From positions 64,001-128,000 of IMG/VR virus record IMGVR_UViG_3300044557_000107: 64,000 nt of DNA; one strand, given 5' to 3'. Shown piece by piece: positions 39,920 through 48,605 of this stretch. A program made the position numbers and the translations under genes. This DNA is from a virus (taxonomy: Duplodnaviria; Caudoviricetes). Every line of letters starts with the position of its first letter. Position 1 is the first letter of the stretch. The notes under the pieces are model-generated. The model ran no database searches. It was not told the DNA's origin and saw only the letters and a program-made list of their open reading frames with translations.

Positions 39920-40690
39920 TAATGCCATCCAAGGTTGCTATTAGATCTCAATGTAATTGAAGTTTAATAGCATCTCTGGATGCACGATCAGCGGCATAGC
40001 CGTGTAGACTGCGTGGGCCTGAAACATGGTCATTAAGATAACTCAATCGTTATCTTGGGGTAGTTAAGCCTAGCAACAGAATTTAGCCGTCTCCGAAGGT
40101 AGCGGGACGTTAATTTAGAATACTATCTAATTGCATGATATAGACCGCAACGTCTCTAAACTATGGTACTAGTGTTAAGCGTGTGTATGAGGAACTATCA
40201 GTTTCGCCACGTCTAAGATCCATATTTTAAGTAAAAACGCAGTCGTCGGGTGAGGATACCCATCAGGTTACTGTCTCGTTAACTGTAGTAGTCAGCGGGT
40301 AGGCAAAAGAAAGTCTAGTTTGTGGGGTCTTAGGGGATAAAATGGAAGAATAAGGTACTTACGGAGTGGGGCACATAATATTCCAGCAACAGCAAATATG
40401 GCTTAACAACCATAGAACCAAAGTTGTACGTTAATAAGTGTCTTTGCTGTGATAGGACTAATAATCCCTATAACACTCCAGTAAGGTTTTAGTAGGTCAA
40501 GGCAGAGGCAGATAAAACTTGAAAAATAACTTAACTGCTAATGATGACTGAAAGATGGTCGGTAGATAATCCGGGCCCAGTTCTTGTGAAGGTAGCTAGA
40601 GCATGCAAATGACGGTTTGTGTGTTAGCCTAGCTAAAACTGTAACCTAATAATTCGCACATTAAGATTACCCACCCAAGCCAATGGGAAC
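39920..40690 (+). ncRNA. Large ornate ncRNA, GOLLD/ROOL-like
   Basis: ~770 nt with no ORF >=60 aa, GC-richer, many long-range helices, in a phage tRNA cluster; family not verifiable by eye. Confidence 0.6.
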
Positions 40691-40698
40691 ACTATTAT

Positions 40699-40789
40699 AC
40701 AGGTGTAGCATAACGGCAGTGCAACTGGTTTATAACCAGTATTAGCTGTAGATTTCAGCAAGAAGTGGGTTCGACTCCCTCCACCTGTA
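40699..40789 (+). tRNA. tRNA with UAU anticodon (Ile) and long variable arm
   Basis: ACAGGTG/CACCTGT acceptor; ACTGG-TT TAT AA-CCAGT; variable hairpin GCTG-TAGATTT-CAGC; TTCGACT T loop. Confidence 0.78.
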
Positions 40790-40910
40790 TTTTAGCAAAT
40801 GTAGAAATATTTGGGGAACCTATACCCCTTTATAGGAATATTTTGAAAAGCTAAAATTGGAAGTACCCAAAATTAAGGTATCCCAAGTCTTATCAATATA
40901 AGATCAATAT

Positions 40911-40981
40911 TGAGAGGAGCTAAAGAGTTAGAATAGCGATGCAGGTTCTAGCTTATGCAGGTTTAAATCCTGCCTTCCACA
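40911..40981 (+). pseudogene. Degenerate tRNA-like element
   Basis: T-arm-like GCAGG-TTTAAAT-CCTGC and stem GTTAGAA/TTCTAGC, but no clean D arm or anticodon loop. Confidence 0.4.
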
Positions 40982-40982
40982 T

Positions 40983-41531
40983 TGTCCCGTAGTTGAGTGG
41001 TAACTATGTCTAAATAAGCTGGTGAAAAATGATAAATGGTAACTATATAATGGAAGTAGCCCCTAAAGAATATCCCTATAGGCTTATGCGTGGTAAATAC
41101 GCTTACTCTCATAAAGTAGCATATTGGAAATATTACGGATGTATACCAGAGGGTTTTGAAATTCATCATAAGGACGGAAATAAGCATAATAATGATATAT
41201 CAAATTTATGTGCGGTTTCTAGAAAGCAACATCAGATAATTGAACACGTAATAAGAGGAAAAGTTCAAGTTCTTGTTAAATGTCCAGTATGTAATTCATT
41301 ATTCATTATAGATAAACGCAAGACTCATTTGATAAACTCCAATAATAAAGTAACCTGTTGTAGTAGAAGCTGTTCTGGTAAATTTCCCTCACTAACTAAA
41401 ATTGAGCAAGATAAAGGGATTAACGAGAATATTATAATGGAGTTTACAAATCATGTATTACCATAAATATAAAACATTAATGTTTTATAAAACTAATGCG
41501 GATATCACAGGTTCGAATCCTGTCGGGACAG
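40983..41531 (+). tRNA. tRNA gene split by HNH insertion (5' half 40983-~41011, 3' half ~41497-41531); isotype undetermined
   Basis: Acceptor TGTCCCG pairs with CGGGACA; D arm TAGTTGAGTGGTAAC upstream and T arm ACAGG-TTCGAAT-CCTGT downstream of the HNH ORF. Confidence 0.7.
41029..41466 (+). CDS. HNH homing endonuclease with C-terminal Zn-binding domain
   Basis: YSHKVAY...IHHKDGNKHNNDISNL; CPVC...CCSRSC. Confidence 0.88.
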   Translation: MINGNYIMEVAPKEYPYRLMRGKYAYSHKVAYWKYYGCIPEGFEIHHKDGNKHNNDISNLCAVSRKQHQIIEHVIRGKVQVLVKCPVCNSLFIIDKRKTHLINSNNKVTCCSRSCSGKFPSLTKIEQDKGINENIIMEFTNHVLP

Positions 41532-41546
41532 TTTAAAATACAATTT

Positions 41547-41634
41547 AGAGGGGTGTCAGAGTGGTCTAATGTGTCGGCTTTGAATACCGATGATCGTGAT
41601 GAGCGATCCGTGGGTTCGAATCCCACCCCCTCTG
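41547..41634 (+). tRNA. tRNA-Ser(UGA)
   Basis: AGAGGGG/CCCCTCT acceptor, TT TGA AT loop, long variable arm, GTGGG-TTCGAAT-CCCAC. Confidence 0.85.
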
Positions 41635-41640
41635 TATTAT

Positions 41641-41714
41641 CACGCGCATAGCTCAGCTAGCCAGAGCACCACGTGTGGTTGTGGAGTATGCCGGTGCAAA
41701 TCCGAAGCGCGCGA
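41641..41714 (+). tRNA. Atypical or degenerate tRNA-His(GUG)
   Basis: TAGCTCAGCTAGCCAGAGC D arm, CCAC...GTG...GTGG anticodon arm, irregular T loop (TGCAAAT) and acceptor. Confidence 0.5.
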
Positions 41715-41725
41715 TAAAATAAGTA

Positions 41726-41778
41726 TTGACTTAAGGATACCTTAGTGGTATCCTTATTTTAGTTAAATGAAAGAAGGA
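41726..41778 (+). promoter_or_regulatory. Repeated early promoter/RBS cassette with internal inverted repeat, copy 1
   Basis: TTGACT-17-TATCCT with TAAGGATAC...GTATCCTTA palindrome; near-identical copies at 53953 and 62319. Confidence 0.8.
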
Positions 41779-41785
41779 AATCTTA

Positions 41786-42241
41786 ATGGCAATTATGAGT
41801 GCAAAACAATATAGGAATCAATTGAATAGTAAAGTACAGGATTCTGACAGTAAACTATATGAAGATGGATTAGCAAGGATTGAAAAAGCAATAGATGAAA
41901 GATTAAAGAGTGCTTACCCCGGTTGGTATGTAGAGGTATTTTTAGATACTGACACGATGCGGGGGAATGCTCTTAAAAATATTCGATTGAAACTAGAAAA
42001 TCTGGGATATTTAGTTATCACCTGCGAGAAAGATCCGCTGAATCCCCTTGTACGTGATCTATTTATGAAAATCATAGTTCCGGACCCAGATGAACCCACA
42101 ATTTATTTCAAGAGAAGAATTCAAAGTTTGCTCCCACGAAATGACCATTCCCAGCGAATTATGTTAAATAGTCACATGGATGAAGGGAACTCCGGACTAG
42201 TATTAGATATTCTCCGGGAAACTATTAGAAAAGGGGAATAA
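41786..42241 (+). CDS. Hypothetical protein
   Basis: 151-aa ORF behind promoter cassette. Confidence 0.65.
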   Translation: MAIMSAKQYRNQLNSKVQDSDSKLYEDGLARIEKAIDERLKSAYPGWYVEVFLDTDTMRGNALKNIRLKLENLGYLVITCEKDPLNPLVRDLFMKIIVPDPDEPTIYFKRRIQSLLPRNDHSQRIMLNSHMDEGNSGLVLDILRETIRKGE

Positions 42242-42243
42242 AA

Positions 42244-43974
42244 ATGATCGATAAAGTTCAACTAGATAAGTATATCAGTGATCATCTCAGTGCCTACTCA
42301 GACACCAACGAGTACCGTTTAGCACTAGTAAGTCAAACACATGGAGTTTACTCTGGAATTGTCTCTATGACTAAATCAGGTAAGGATAAGAAACGTTATT
42401 TAGACTTCATCCTAGACTTTACTGATCGTAGCCTAACCATCTCGGGGATTAGTGGTAAACAGTTAAAATCCACAACAGGATTACTTAATGAGATCTTTAA
42501 TAATGGAGACTATGCGTTAGCAGAAGGACTCAGTGAAACTTCTGTTCAGACTTTAGATACTATTAAGTACTTGGGTATGTTATATGGGTCCTTGGGACGT
42601 GAGCCTATTAGTCATATGAACATTGGACGAGGACTTCTTCGGGCCCTTCATACTTTCCCAGTAGCAGAATCCTATGTTAAGGAATTCTCGGATAAAATGA
42701 AGGATCTTTTTGTAGAGATTCATAAAGGAACTTTGATGTTTGAGTCTGCTAAGAGCTTCTTTTCTAGGGTAATGTTTTCCCATTGGAATCTTATTAGTTA
42801 TTATCAAGAAGAGTGGGATAAAGGTAAACATAAGCCTTTACAGAAGGTACTAGGAATCTCTAAGGATACCTATAATAGATTAAAGAAAGAAGACTTATTG
42901 AAAGACAGTATGGGATTTCGTTATTATGACTTTATAGAATACAATAATTACTTGTATGATAAATGTGATGGAGATAACGTATATCGTTTAAAAAATACTG
43001 TTGATAGCTATTATTCTTTCCCTATATCGTTTATTAAAAAGGCTAATGAGGTTAACTGGAATCGGTTAGAACAAACTCTAAAAGATGTTGATGATGAACG
43101 AGGGTACCATAATTATAAGTCCTTTTATGATAGCATGCGTTCTAATATGAGTCGTTATGTGGCTTACAATTCAGAATATCCGATGAATAGTGGTTATCCA
43201 ACTATTAGTGATGTTGCAAACATGGGAAACACCGATATTTTTAATTTATCTCGTTACCTATACGCAAGTTGTTACCACCAACAAGCAATAGATTTTGAGA
43301 ATGCTCTTGAAATTCTTAAGGATTACTATAAAATGGTTGCAGATGTCCCACACTTTGTTAAGTTCCCCCGCTACTTAAAGACCGCTCATGATATTGCTTC
43401 ACGAAATGCAGAGGTCCTCGGTAGTAGCTCAGATATTCTTGCAGTTCACAAGGTGTATACACACAACCAGAAGTTAGAAATGAACTTCAAAGATTACTCT
43501 ATGATCTTAGCAGCATCTCCTAAAGAAATTGTAGATGAAGGGCAACTCCAGCATAACTGCGTAGGTTCTTATGTAAATGATGTTGTGAAGGGTACAAGTA
43601 TTATTCTATTTTTACGAAAGAAATCGGATATTTATCGATCATGGGTTACAGTTGAAGTCCGTAATATTGATGGAACATTAAAAGTTGTTCAAACATTTGC
43701 TACATTTAATGATGTGCTTAATGATGAACAGAAGAAAGCTCTAGCAACTTGGATGAAGATTAACAAAATACAGCTTGGAGATAGCGTTGGTGGGGTTGGA
43801 CGAGTTTCTAATGATGAATTATCTAAGTTAGCTGTCAAAACTGCAAATATTCACAAAATTGATATGGAATTTCATCGGGATTCCTTTGATAAAATTGCGG
43901 AACAGAAGAGTAAGATGGAATCAGCTAAGAAAGAATTAGAAGTAAATAGTTTAAAAGTTAAGAAAGCATCTTAG
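42244..43974 (+). CDS. PcfJ-domain protein
   Basis: DYYKM...FPRYLKTAHD...EGQLQHNCVGSY...ILFLRK...TVEV. Confidence 0.75.
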   Translation: MIDKVQLDKYISDHLSAYSDTNEYRLALVSQTHGVYSGIVSMTKSGKDKKRYLDFILDFTDRSLTISGISGKQLKSTTGLLNEIFNNGDYALAEGLSETSVQTLDTIKYLGMLYGSLGREPISHMNIGRGLLRALHTFPVAESYVKEFSDKMKDLFVEIHKGTLMFESAKSFFSRVMFSHWNLISYYQEEWDKGKHKPLQKVLGISKDTYNRLKKEDLLKDSMGFRYYDFIEYNNYLYDKCDGDNVYRLKNTVDSYYSFPISFIKKANEVNWNRLEQTLKDVDDERGYHNYKSFYDSMRSNMSRYVAYNSEYPMNSGYPTISDVANMGNTDIFNLSRYLYASCYHQQAIDFENALEILKDYYKMVADVPHFVKFPRYLKTAHDIASRNAEVLGSSSDILAVHKVYTHNQKLEMNFKDYSMILAASPKEIVDEGQLQHNCVGSYVNDVVKGTSIILFLRKKSDIYRSWVTVEVRNIDGTLKVVQTFATFNDVLNDEQKKALATWMKINKIQLGDSVGGVGRVSNDELSKLAVKTANIHKIDMEFHRDSFDKIAEQKSKMESAKKELEVNSLKVKKAS

Positions 43975-43985
43975 GAGGATTAATA

Positions 43986-44447
43986 ATGGATGATAATGCT
44001 AGTTTTGGTAGCTGTGGAAGAACAAAAGAAGTAGTTCTAGGAGAAGATTATAGTTTTCTTCCCTTGTTAAGACTCATAAGGAACTCAAAAGGAATTAATA
44101 CTTATGAGTATACAGTTGAGGATTTTGAGGAAAATGATAATGATGAACTATGGATAAGAAACTCTAATACAAGAGTTCCTTACAAGCGTATTTTTACCAG
44201 CAAAGACTTTGGAAGTACTTATAAAGGAGATTTGATAAAAAATTGTGGTAAATCCCATATTATTTCGACACAACTAGAAGACTACCGAGAAGATAAGGAC
44301 TTTATTGAAGTTCTTAAGAGTAACCCAAAGTATCTTAGATATGCCTTTAGAATTGTTGAGATCCCTATTGACTATAATTATGTGGTAGTAGCAGATGAGA
44401 TGGGTAGTGAAACTATGTATGCGGGAAGAGGACTAATTGTTCTTTAG
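43986..44447 (+). CDS. Hypothetical protein
   Basis: 153-aa ORF, RBS AGGAGG. Confidence 0.65.
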   Translation: MDDNASFGSCGRTKEVVLGEDYSFLPLLRLIRNSKGINTYEYTVEDFEENDNDELWIRNSNTRVPYKRIFTSKDFGSTYKGDLIKNCGKSHIISTQLEDYREDKDFIEVLKSNPKYLRYAFRIVEIPIDYNYVVVADEMGSETMYAGRGLIVL

Positions 44448-44469
44448 TAAGAAAGAGGGAAGTCATATT

Positions 44470-44691
44470 ATGAATAAATTAAAGAAAGATAAAGAACTTA
44501 AACGCAGGCCGTGGCAAAAGGATATGCCAGAGGATGGTGTGGGTGCTAATCTTAAAGGACGTGCTTTAGGACTTACAGAGGAACCCGTTGTCCCTAAGTA
44601 CCATATGAACCCTAATTTTGACTATACTTCTTATCTAAATGAATTAAAGGAATTACCAGAAGTAAAAGAGAAACTATCTAATTTATTTTAA
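44470..44691 (+). CDS. 73-aa protein carrying terminase-like RPWQK and KGRALGLTE motifs
   Basis: RBS GAGGGA then ATG 44470; motif identity to TerL of this window. Confidence 0.65.
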   Translation: MNKLKKDKELKRRPWQKDMPEDGVGANLKGRALGLTEEPVVPKYHMNPNFDYTSYLNELKELPEVKEKLSNLF

Positions 44692-44700
44692 AGCACCCTA

Positions 44701-45036
44701 TTGACAGAATATCTCAAAAGAGGTATTCTTTTAGTACATAGAAAAGAGGGATATAGCATGAATAAAAGACAACGTAATAAATATATTCTAGTAAGCACAT
44801 CGGATGTTCTGGGATACTATGAGTGTAGTTCGAAGAAGTATAAGGACATTAAGTATAATTTAAATGTAAACTTAGACGGTTATCTAGTCCTTCATAAAAG
44901 GTTCTATTTGAAAGAGATAATTAATAAGGGATTATCTTGGCTAATTTTGCAAGATTCTAAGATTAAGCATCCTAGATACATGAATTATTTGAAGGTAAAT
45001 GTAAAGTATGATAGGTTGGTGAACTTGGGTGAATAA
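44701..45036 (+). CDS. Hypothetical protein (start probably ATG 44758)
   Basis: RBS GAGGGA before MNKRQRNK. Confidence 0.55.
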   Translation: MTEYLKRGILLVHRKEGYSMNKRQRNKYILVSTSDVLGYYECSSKKYKDIKYNLNVNLDGYLVLHKRFYLKEIINKGLSWLILQDSKIKHPRYMNYLKVNVKYDRLVNLGE

Positions 45037-45877
45037 TGGATACTTAATTGTTAGTGATATTCATGGAAATTATCAAGCTCTTAAGCACATGGTTGATATT
45101 CCAGAGTTCTCAAATTCTAAGATTATTTTTGATGGAGATTACATCGATGGCTATGGAGTTAATGATTCTGATAAAGTAGTAGACTTTATTGCAGATCAGT
45201 ACCAGCGTAATAATGCTACAGTTCTGCCGGGGAACCATGAATTACTATTATATAAGTATATCTATGGTGAACGAAGAGACTGGGAATTATATAAAGCTAA
45301 TGGAGGGAAGCGTACAGTAAAGTCCTTCCTAGGAGAAGCTACTCGTAGCTCGGTTTCTAATAAGGTAGCACTAAGGGATAATAAATATTGGAATCAACTA
45401 GATTCTATGATGGATCACTGTTTTGACATTCGAGATACTGTAGTAATGTATGAAGACTCTAAACTGATTACAGTCCATGCAGGTTTAAGTTATATTGCTG
45501 AGGATTACCATAATACCAACTTGTGGGATAGCTTATGGATGCGAGAGGATTATTTCTATGGACTTAATACGAAGTACCATAATGATAACTACTTTGCACG
45601 TAATAAGTTTCACAAGCCCATTGTGGTAGGACATACTCCCACGTGTACTTTAGAAGGTATCTTACCTACAGGAACTCAGTTACACTATACTAGGGGTGAT
45701 TTAGAGTGTCCCGTGGTAGTATCTAAGTATGAAGATGAGGAACCACGATTCTTTATTGACGGAGGGAGCCATGGAGCTACCAATTCATTAAACGTTCTCT
45801 ACTATGAAAGCGAAGATAACTACGGAGCTTACAAGCTAACTCCGGATGGTCTTACAGAAGGGGAGATTGTGAGCTAG
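45029..45877 (+). CDS. Calcineurin-like metallophosphoesterase (Ser/Thr phosphatase family)
   Basis: SDIHG, GDYID, GNHE, VHAG, GHTP motifs. Confidence 0.9.
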   Translation: MNNGYLIVSDIHGNYQALKHMVDIPEFSNSKIIFDGDYIDGYGVNDSDKVVDFIADQYQRNNATVLPGNHELLLYKYIYGERRDWELYKANGGKRTVKSFLGEATRSSVSNKVALRDNKYWNQLDSMMDHCFDIRDTVVMYEDSKLITVHAGLSYIAEDYHNTNLWDSLWMREDYFYGLNTKYHNDNYFARNKFHKPIVVGHTPTCTLEGILPTGTQLHYTRGDLECPVVVSKYEDEEPRFFIDGGSHGATNSLNVLYYESEDNYGAYKLTPDGLTEGEIVS

Positions 45878-46020
45878 TCAATTGCCCTACTAAAGTAGGA
45901 AGCTTGTAACTCAATCCCATAGGGGTAGTGGTATTAACGTTCTATAGAACTTCCACTTAAGGTTACATCATCGGGTGATTGACAGCACCCGTTTAACTAT
46001 TAGAATATGTCCAACAGTTA
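45877..46020 (-). ncRNA. omegaRNA/reRNA scaffold of tnpB-2 (guide reads into 3' end of phosphatase gene)
   Basis: Minus strand: GGGTG-CTGTCAAT-CACCC hairpin, terminal hairpin CCTAC-TTTA-GTAGG, ends CAATTGAC; TCAA/TTGA pseudoknot possible. Confidence 0.72.
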
Positions 46021-47208
46021 TTATTTAGTAATTTTAGTTGTATCTCCAGTTACCCAGTTAGTTCCTAAGTATTGAATATTCATAGCACCAATGCGGTCAT
46101 CATTAGACTTATAACCACAGTTGGCACACTGGTACTCATGAATATCATGTTTTCTGTTATTTTTATTGACAGATCCACATTTAGGACAACGCTGGCTGGT
46201 ATACTGAGCACTAACCTTAATAACTTTAGAACCATTAAGTTCTGCTTTATAGGTTAGAAATTGCTCAAACTGGTAGAAAGCCCAGCTAACCTGCTCGTAA
46301 CGATTTGTTTTAGCAACTTTCTCCGTAGCAAATCGAACATTGGTTAAGTCTTCTAATACAAAGAGAGTGTCTTTACCATATTTATCAGTGAGTGTCTTAG
46401 TTATTCGATGATTAATATCACTCATCCAGCGGTTTTCTCGCTGACCAATGGCTTTAAGTCTTCTTTTAGCAGACTTAGTACCCTTACTTTGTAATTGTTG
46501 TCTTAACTTCTTGTACTTTCTACGTTTTGCTGTAATAGCTTTACCATCTATAAAGGAAGTTTTACCTTTTTCATCATAAGTGGTTGCTAAAAAGCGTAGA
46601 CCTCTATCTATGCCAACTACATGTTTCAAGTCATCTTTTTCAAAGATACGAGGTTCTACAGTAGCAGAGATATGCAAGAAGTAATGTCCATATGATTTAA
46701 CAAGTTTAGCAGTGCCTAATTTACCATCTAAGTATTGTTCAAAGCCCTTCATAGAAAAACCCATAATTTCACGGTTACCTAAGGTATTAAGAGATAGCTT
46801 ACCATTCTTAAATGACCAGTCACGTATAGATACTAAATCACACTGAGGTCTTTTAAAGCTAATAGGCTTTTGTAACCATGATAGGTCACGCTGAGCGGTA
46901 TACCAAGTATCAGTGTTGTTATCTTTATAGTGGTATGGCTCTTGTTTAAGCTGTGTTTCTACAGTTCTATACCTAGCAATAACTGTTTTAAAGACAGATT
47001 GTGTCATTTGTGCCTTAAGACCAAACTTGTCCCTAACCTTATGATACAAATCTTTATTAATATCTTTTTGCTTAGGTATAAAGTTATGGTCAAAGTAGTA
47101 CTTAGATACTAAATTACAGGCATTCCTATACTGTTGCATAGTAGCTAGTAATAAGTTACCTTGTTCAGATGTAGGATATATTCTTGCTTTAATAGTTACA
47201 GTTGTCAT
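46021..47208 (-). CDS. tnpB: TnpB RNA-guided endonuclease, copy 2, no tnpA
   Basis: IKARIYP; GIDRG, LEDL, CPKC/CANC, NDDRIGAMNI; start ATG 47208 after RBS AGAGGTG (track gives 47232). Confidence 0.93.
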   Translation of the reverse strand: MTTVTIKARIYPTSEQGNLLLATMQQYRNACNLVSKYYFDHNFIPKQKDINKDLYHKVRDKFGLKAQMTQSVFKTVIARYRTVETQLKQEPYHYKDNNTDTWYTAQRDLSWLQKPISFKRPQCDLVSIRDWSFKNGKLSLNTLGNREIMGFSMKGFEQYLDGKLGTAKLVKSYGHYFLHISATVEPRIFEKDDLKHVVGIDRGLRFLATTYDEKGKTSFIDGKAITAKRRKYKKLRQQLQSKGTKSAKRRLKAIGQRENRWMSDINHRITKTLTDKYGKDTLFVLEDLTNVRFATEKVAKTNRYEQVSWAFYQFEQFLTYKAELNGSKVIKVSAQYTSQRCPKCGSVNKNNRKHDIHEYQCANCGYKSNDDRIGAMNIQYLGTNWVTGDTTKITK

Positions 47209-47235
47209 TTGTGTTTCACCTCTTCCCTTCACTAT

Positions 47236-47244
47236 ATAATATAG
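47236..47244 (-). promoter_or_regulatory. Phage late-promoter motif CTATATTAT upstream of tnpB-2
   Basis: Identical to the motif before the capsid, protease, portal, sheath and spike units. Confidence 0.6.
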
Positions 47245-47312
47245 CCGAGTATTTTAGTGAAGTATAGAGTATTAAAATGTTATAATAATTAGAAAGGAAG
47301 TGCACTCGTTTA

Positions 47313-47510
47313 ATGAATAAAAATTTGAGGACTGAAAAGCAAATTGAAGAGACATTTGATAATATTCTACAGTTAGTAGATGACTCACTGGATGCTATGG
47401 AAGAATATAAGGATTCTAAGAATAGTAAACAGCAAGATCTGTATAGACTTTTACAGTTTAACTTAAATGCAGTTCGATACACGATAGATACTGCTATTAA
47501 GGTGAAGTAA
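47313..47510 (+). CDS. Hypothetical protein
   Basis: 65-aa ORF, RBS AAAGGAAG. Confidence 0.55.
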   Translation: MNKNLRTEKQIEETFDNILQLVDDSLDAMEEYKDSKNSKQQDLYRLLQFNLNAVRYTIDTAIKVK

Positions 47511-47532
47511 GTAAGTAAGTAAGTAAGTAAGT
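47505..47532 (+). repeat. (AAGT)7 microsatellite
   Basis: Seven perfect tetranucleotide units spanning a stop codon. Confidence 0.9.
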
Positions 47533-47540
47533 GGTCTAAA

Positions 47541-47828
47541 ATGACTAAGAATATTAAAAAGAGGAGTAAAATGATGACTAAAATAATGACTAAACACAGC
47601 TACATGTTTTCTTACTCAGCTATGGACAAGAATGGAAATATGGAAGTGGGACGCTATACGTTTACAGGGGAAGAAACATTGCATCTACTTGCTGATATTT
47701 ATGGGAACGCTATTGATGTTGATGTTGATGCTATTCAGGCATTAGAAAAGGAGATAGAAAAACGAATAGCCTTTACTGATGTTACCGTGATTGGAATTAC
47801 TGATTTACCAATGAAGGTGAAACGATAA
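47541..47828 (+). CDS. Hypothetical protein (start probably 47571)
   Basis: RBS GAGGAG before ATGATG. Confidence 0.6.
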   Translation: MTKNIKKRSKMMTKIMTKHSYMFSYSAMDKNGNMEVGRYTFTGEETLHLLADIYGNAIDVDVDAIQALEKEIEKRIAFTDVTVIGITDLPMKVKR

Positions 47829-48015
47829 GAAACAATGTAGATAGAAGCTATGATTTAGTACCTGTTAAGCCTTGTGGGAGGTACTTAATGAGAGAAGTAT
47901 AAGAAAGGTCATTCAAACAAATTGGGTGATCTTTCTTATTTTGGGTGTTGACACTGAGCTAAATTGTGCTATTATAATAAATGTAAATAAATAAAAACGA
48001 AAGTAGGAATACAAA

Positions 48016-48588
48016 TTGAATAAGAATGTAAAGAAGACTTTAGTAGGATCAGCAGTTATTTTAGGAATGTTTGGAGCAGGAATTAGTGGAGCAACCTTAG
48101 CGGATAACTTTTGGCAAGGTCACCAAAACATCTTAGATACTAAGTCTAATATTGATAAGTTGAGTGCTAAAATTGATGCACAATCACAACAACTAAAGGA
48201 TGCGCAGTCACAACTTAGTGATGCTAAGAATGAACTAGCACAAGCAAAGTCGGATCTTGCAACGGTTCAATCTCAAGCAACTAATTCAGATAACCAAAAT
48301 AAGGCACTTCAACAGCAATTAAGTGATCTTCAAAATAAGTACAATGCAGATACTCAAAGTTTACAGCAACAAATTCAACAAAAGATCGCTGAGGGTCAGC
48401 AAGCAGTCAATCAAAAGCAACAGGAAGTTAATGCTAAACAGCAAACAATTGATAGTCTTACTCAGCAACTAGAACAATCTAAGAACCAAAATACAAGTAC
48501 TAACAATGATCTTAACCAGGCGATCCAAGACGCCCAGAGCGTTAAGGACTATTCAGACCAAGCAGTTGCTAATGCTAACGCTAACTAA
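48016..48588 (+). CDS. Exported or membrane-anchored coiled-coil protein
   Basis: Signal peptide, Gln-rich heptads; own promoter TTGACA at ~47948. Confidence 0.7.
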   Translation: MNKNVKKTLVGSAVILGMFGAGISGATLADNFWQGHQNILDTKSNIDKLSAKIDAQSQQLKDAQSQLSDAKNELAQAKSDLATVQSQATNSDNQNKALQQQLSDLQNKYNADTQSLQQQIQQKIAEGQQAVNQKQQEVNAKQQTIDSLTQQLEQSKNQNTSTNNDLNQAIQDAQSVKDYSDQAVANANAN

Positions 48589-48605
48589 GAAAGTAGGAAA
48601 TACTA

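Noticed and set aside
40941-40960. preQ1 riboswitch (AGGTTCTAGC)
   Set aside because: No complementary P1 strand or A-rich tail; better explained as a degenerate tRNA.
41011-41500. Self-splicing group I intron in the split tRNA
   Set aside because: Non-coding flanks total only ~50 nt, too little for a catalytic core unless it overlaps the ORF; no P7-like motifs recognised.
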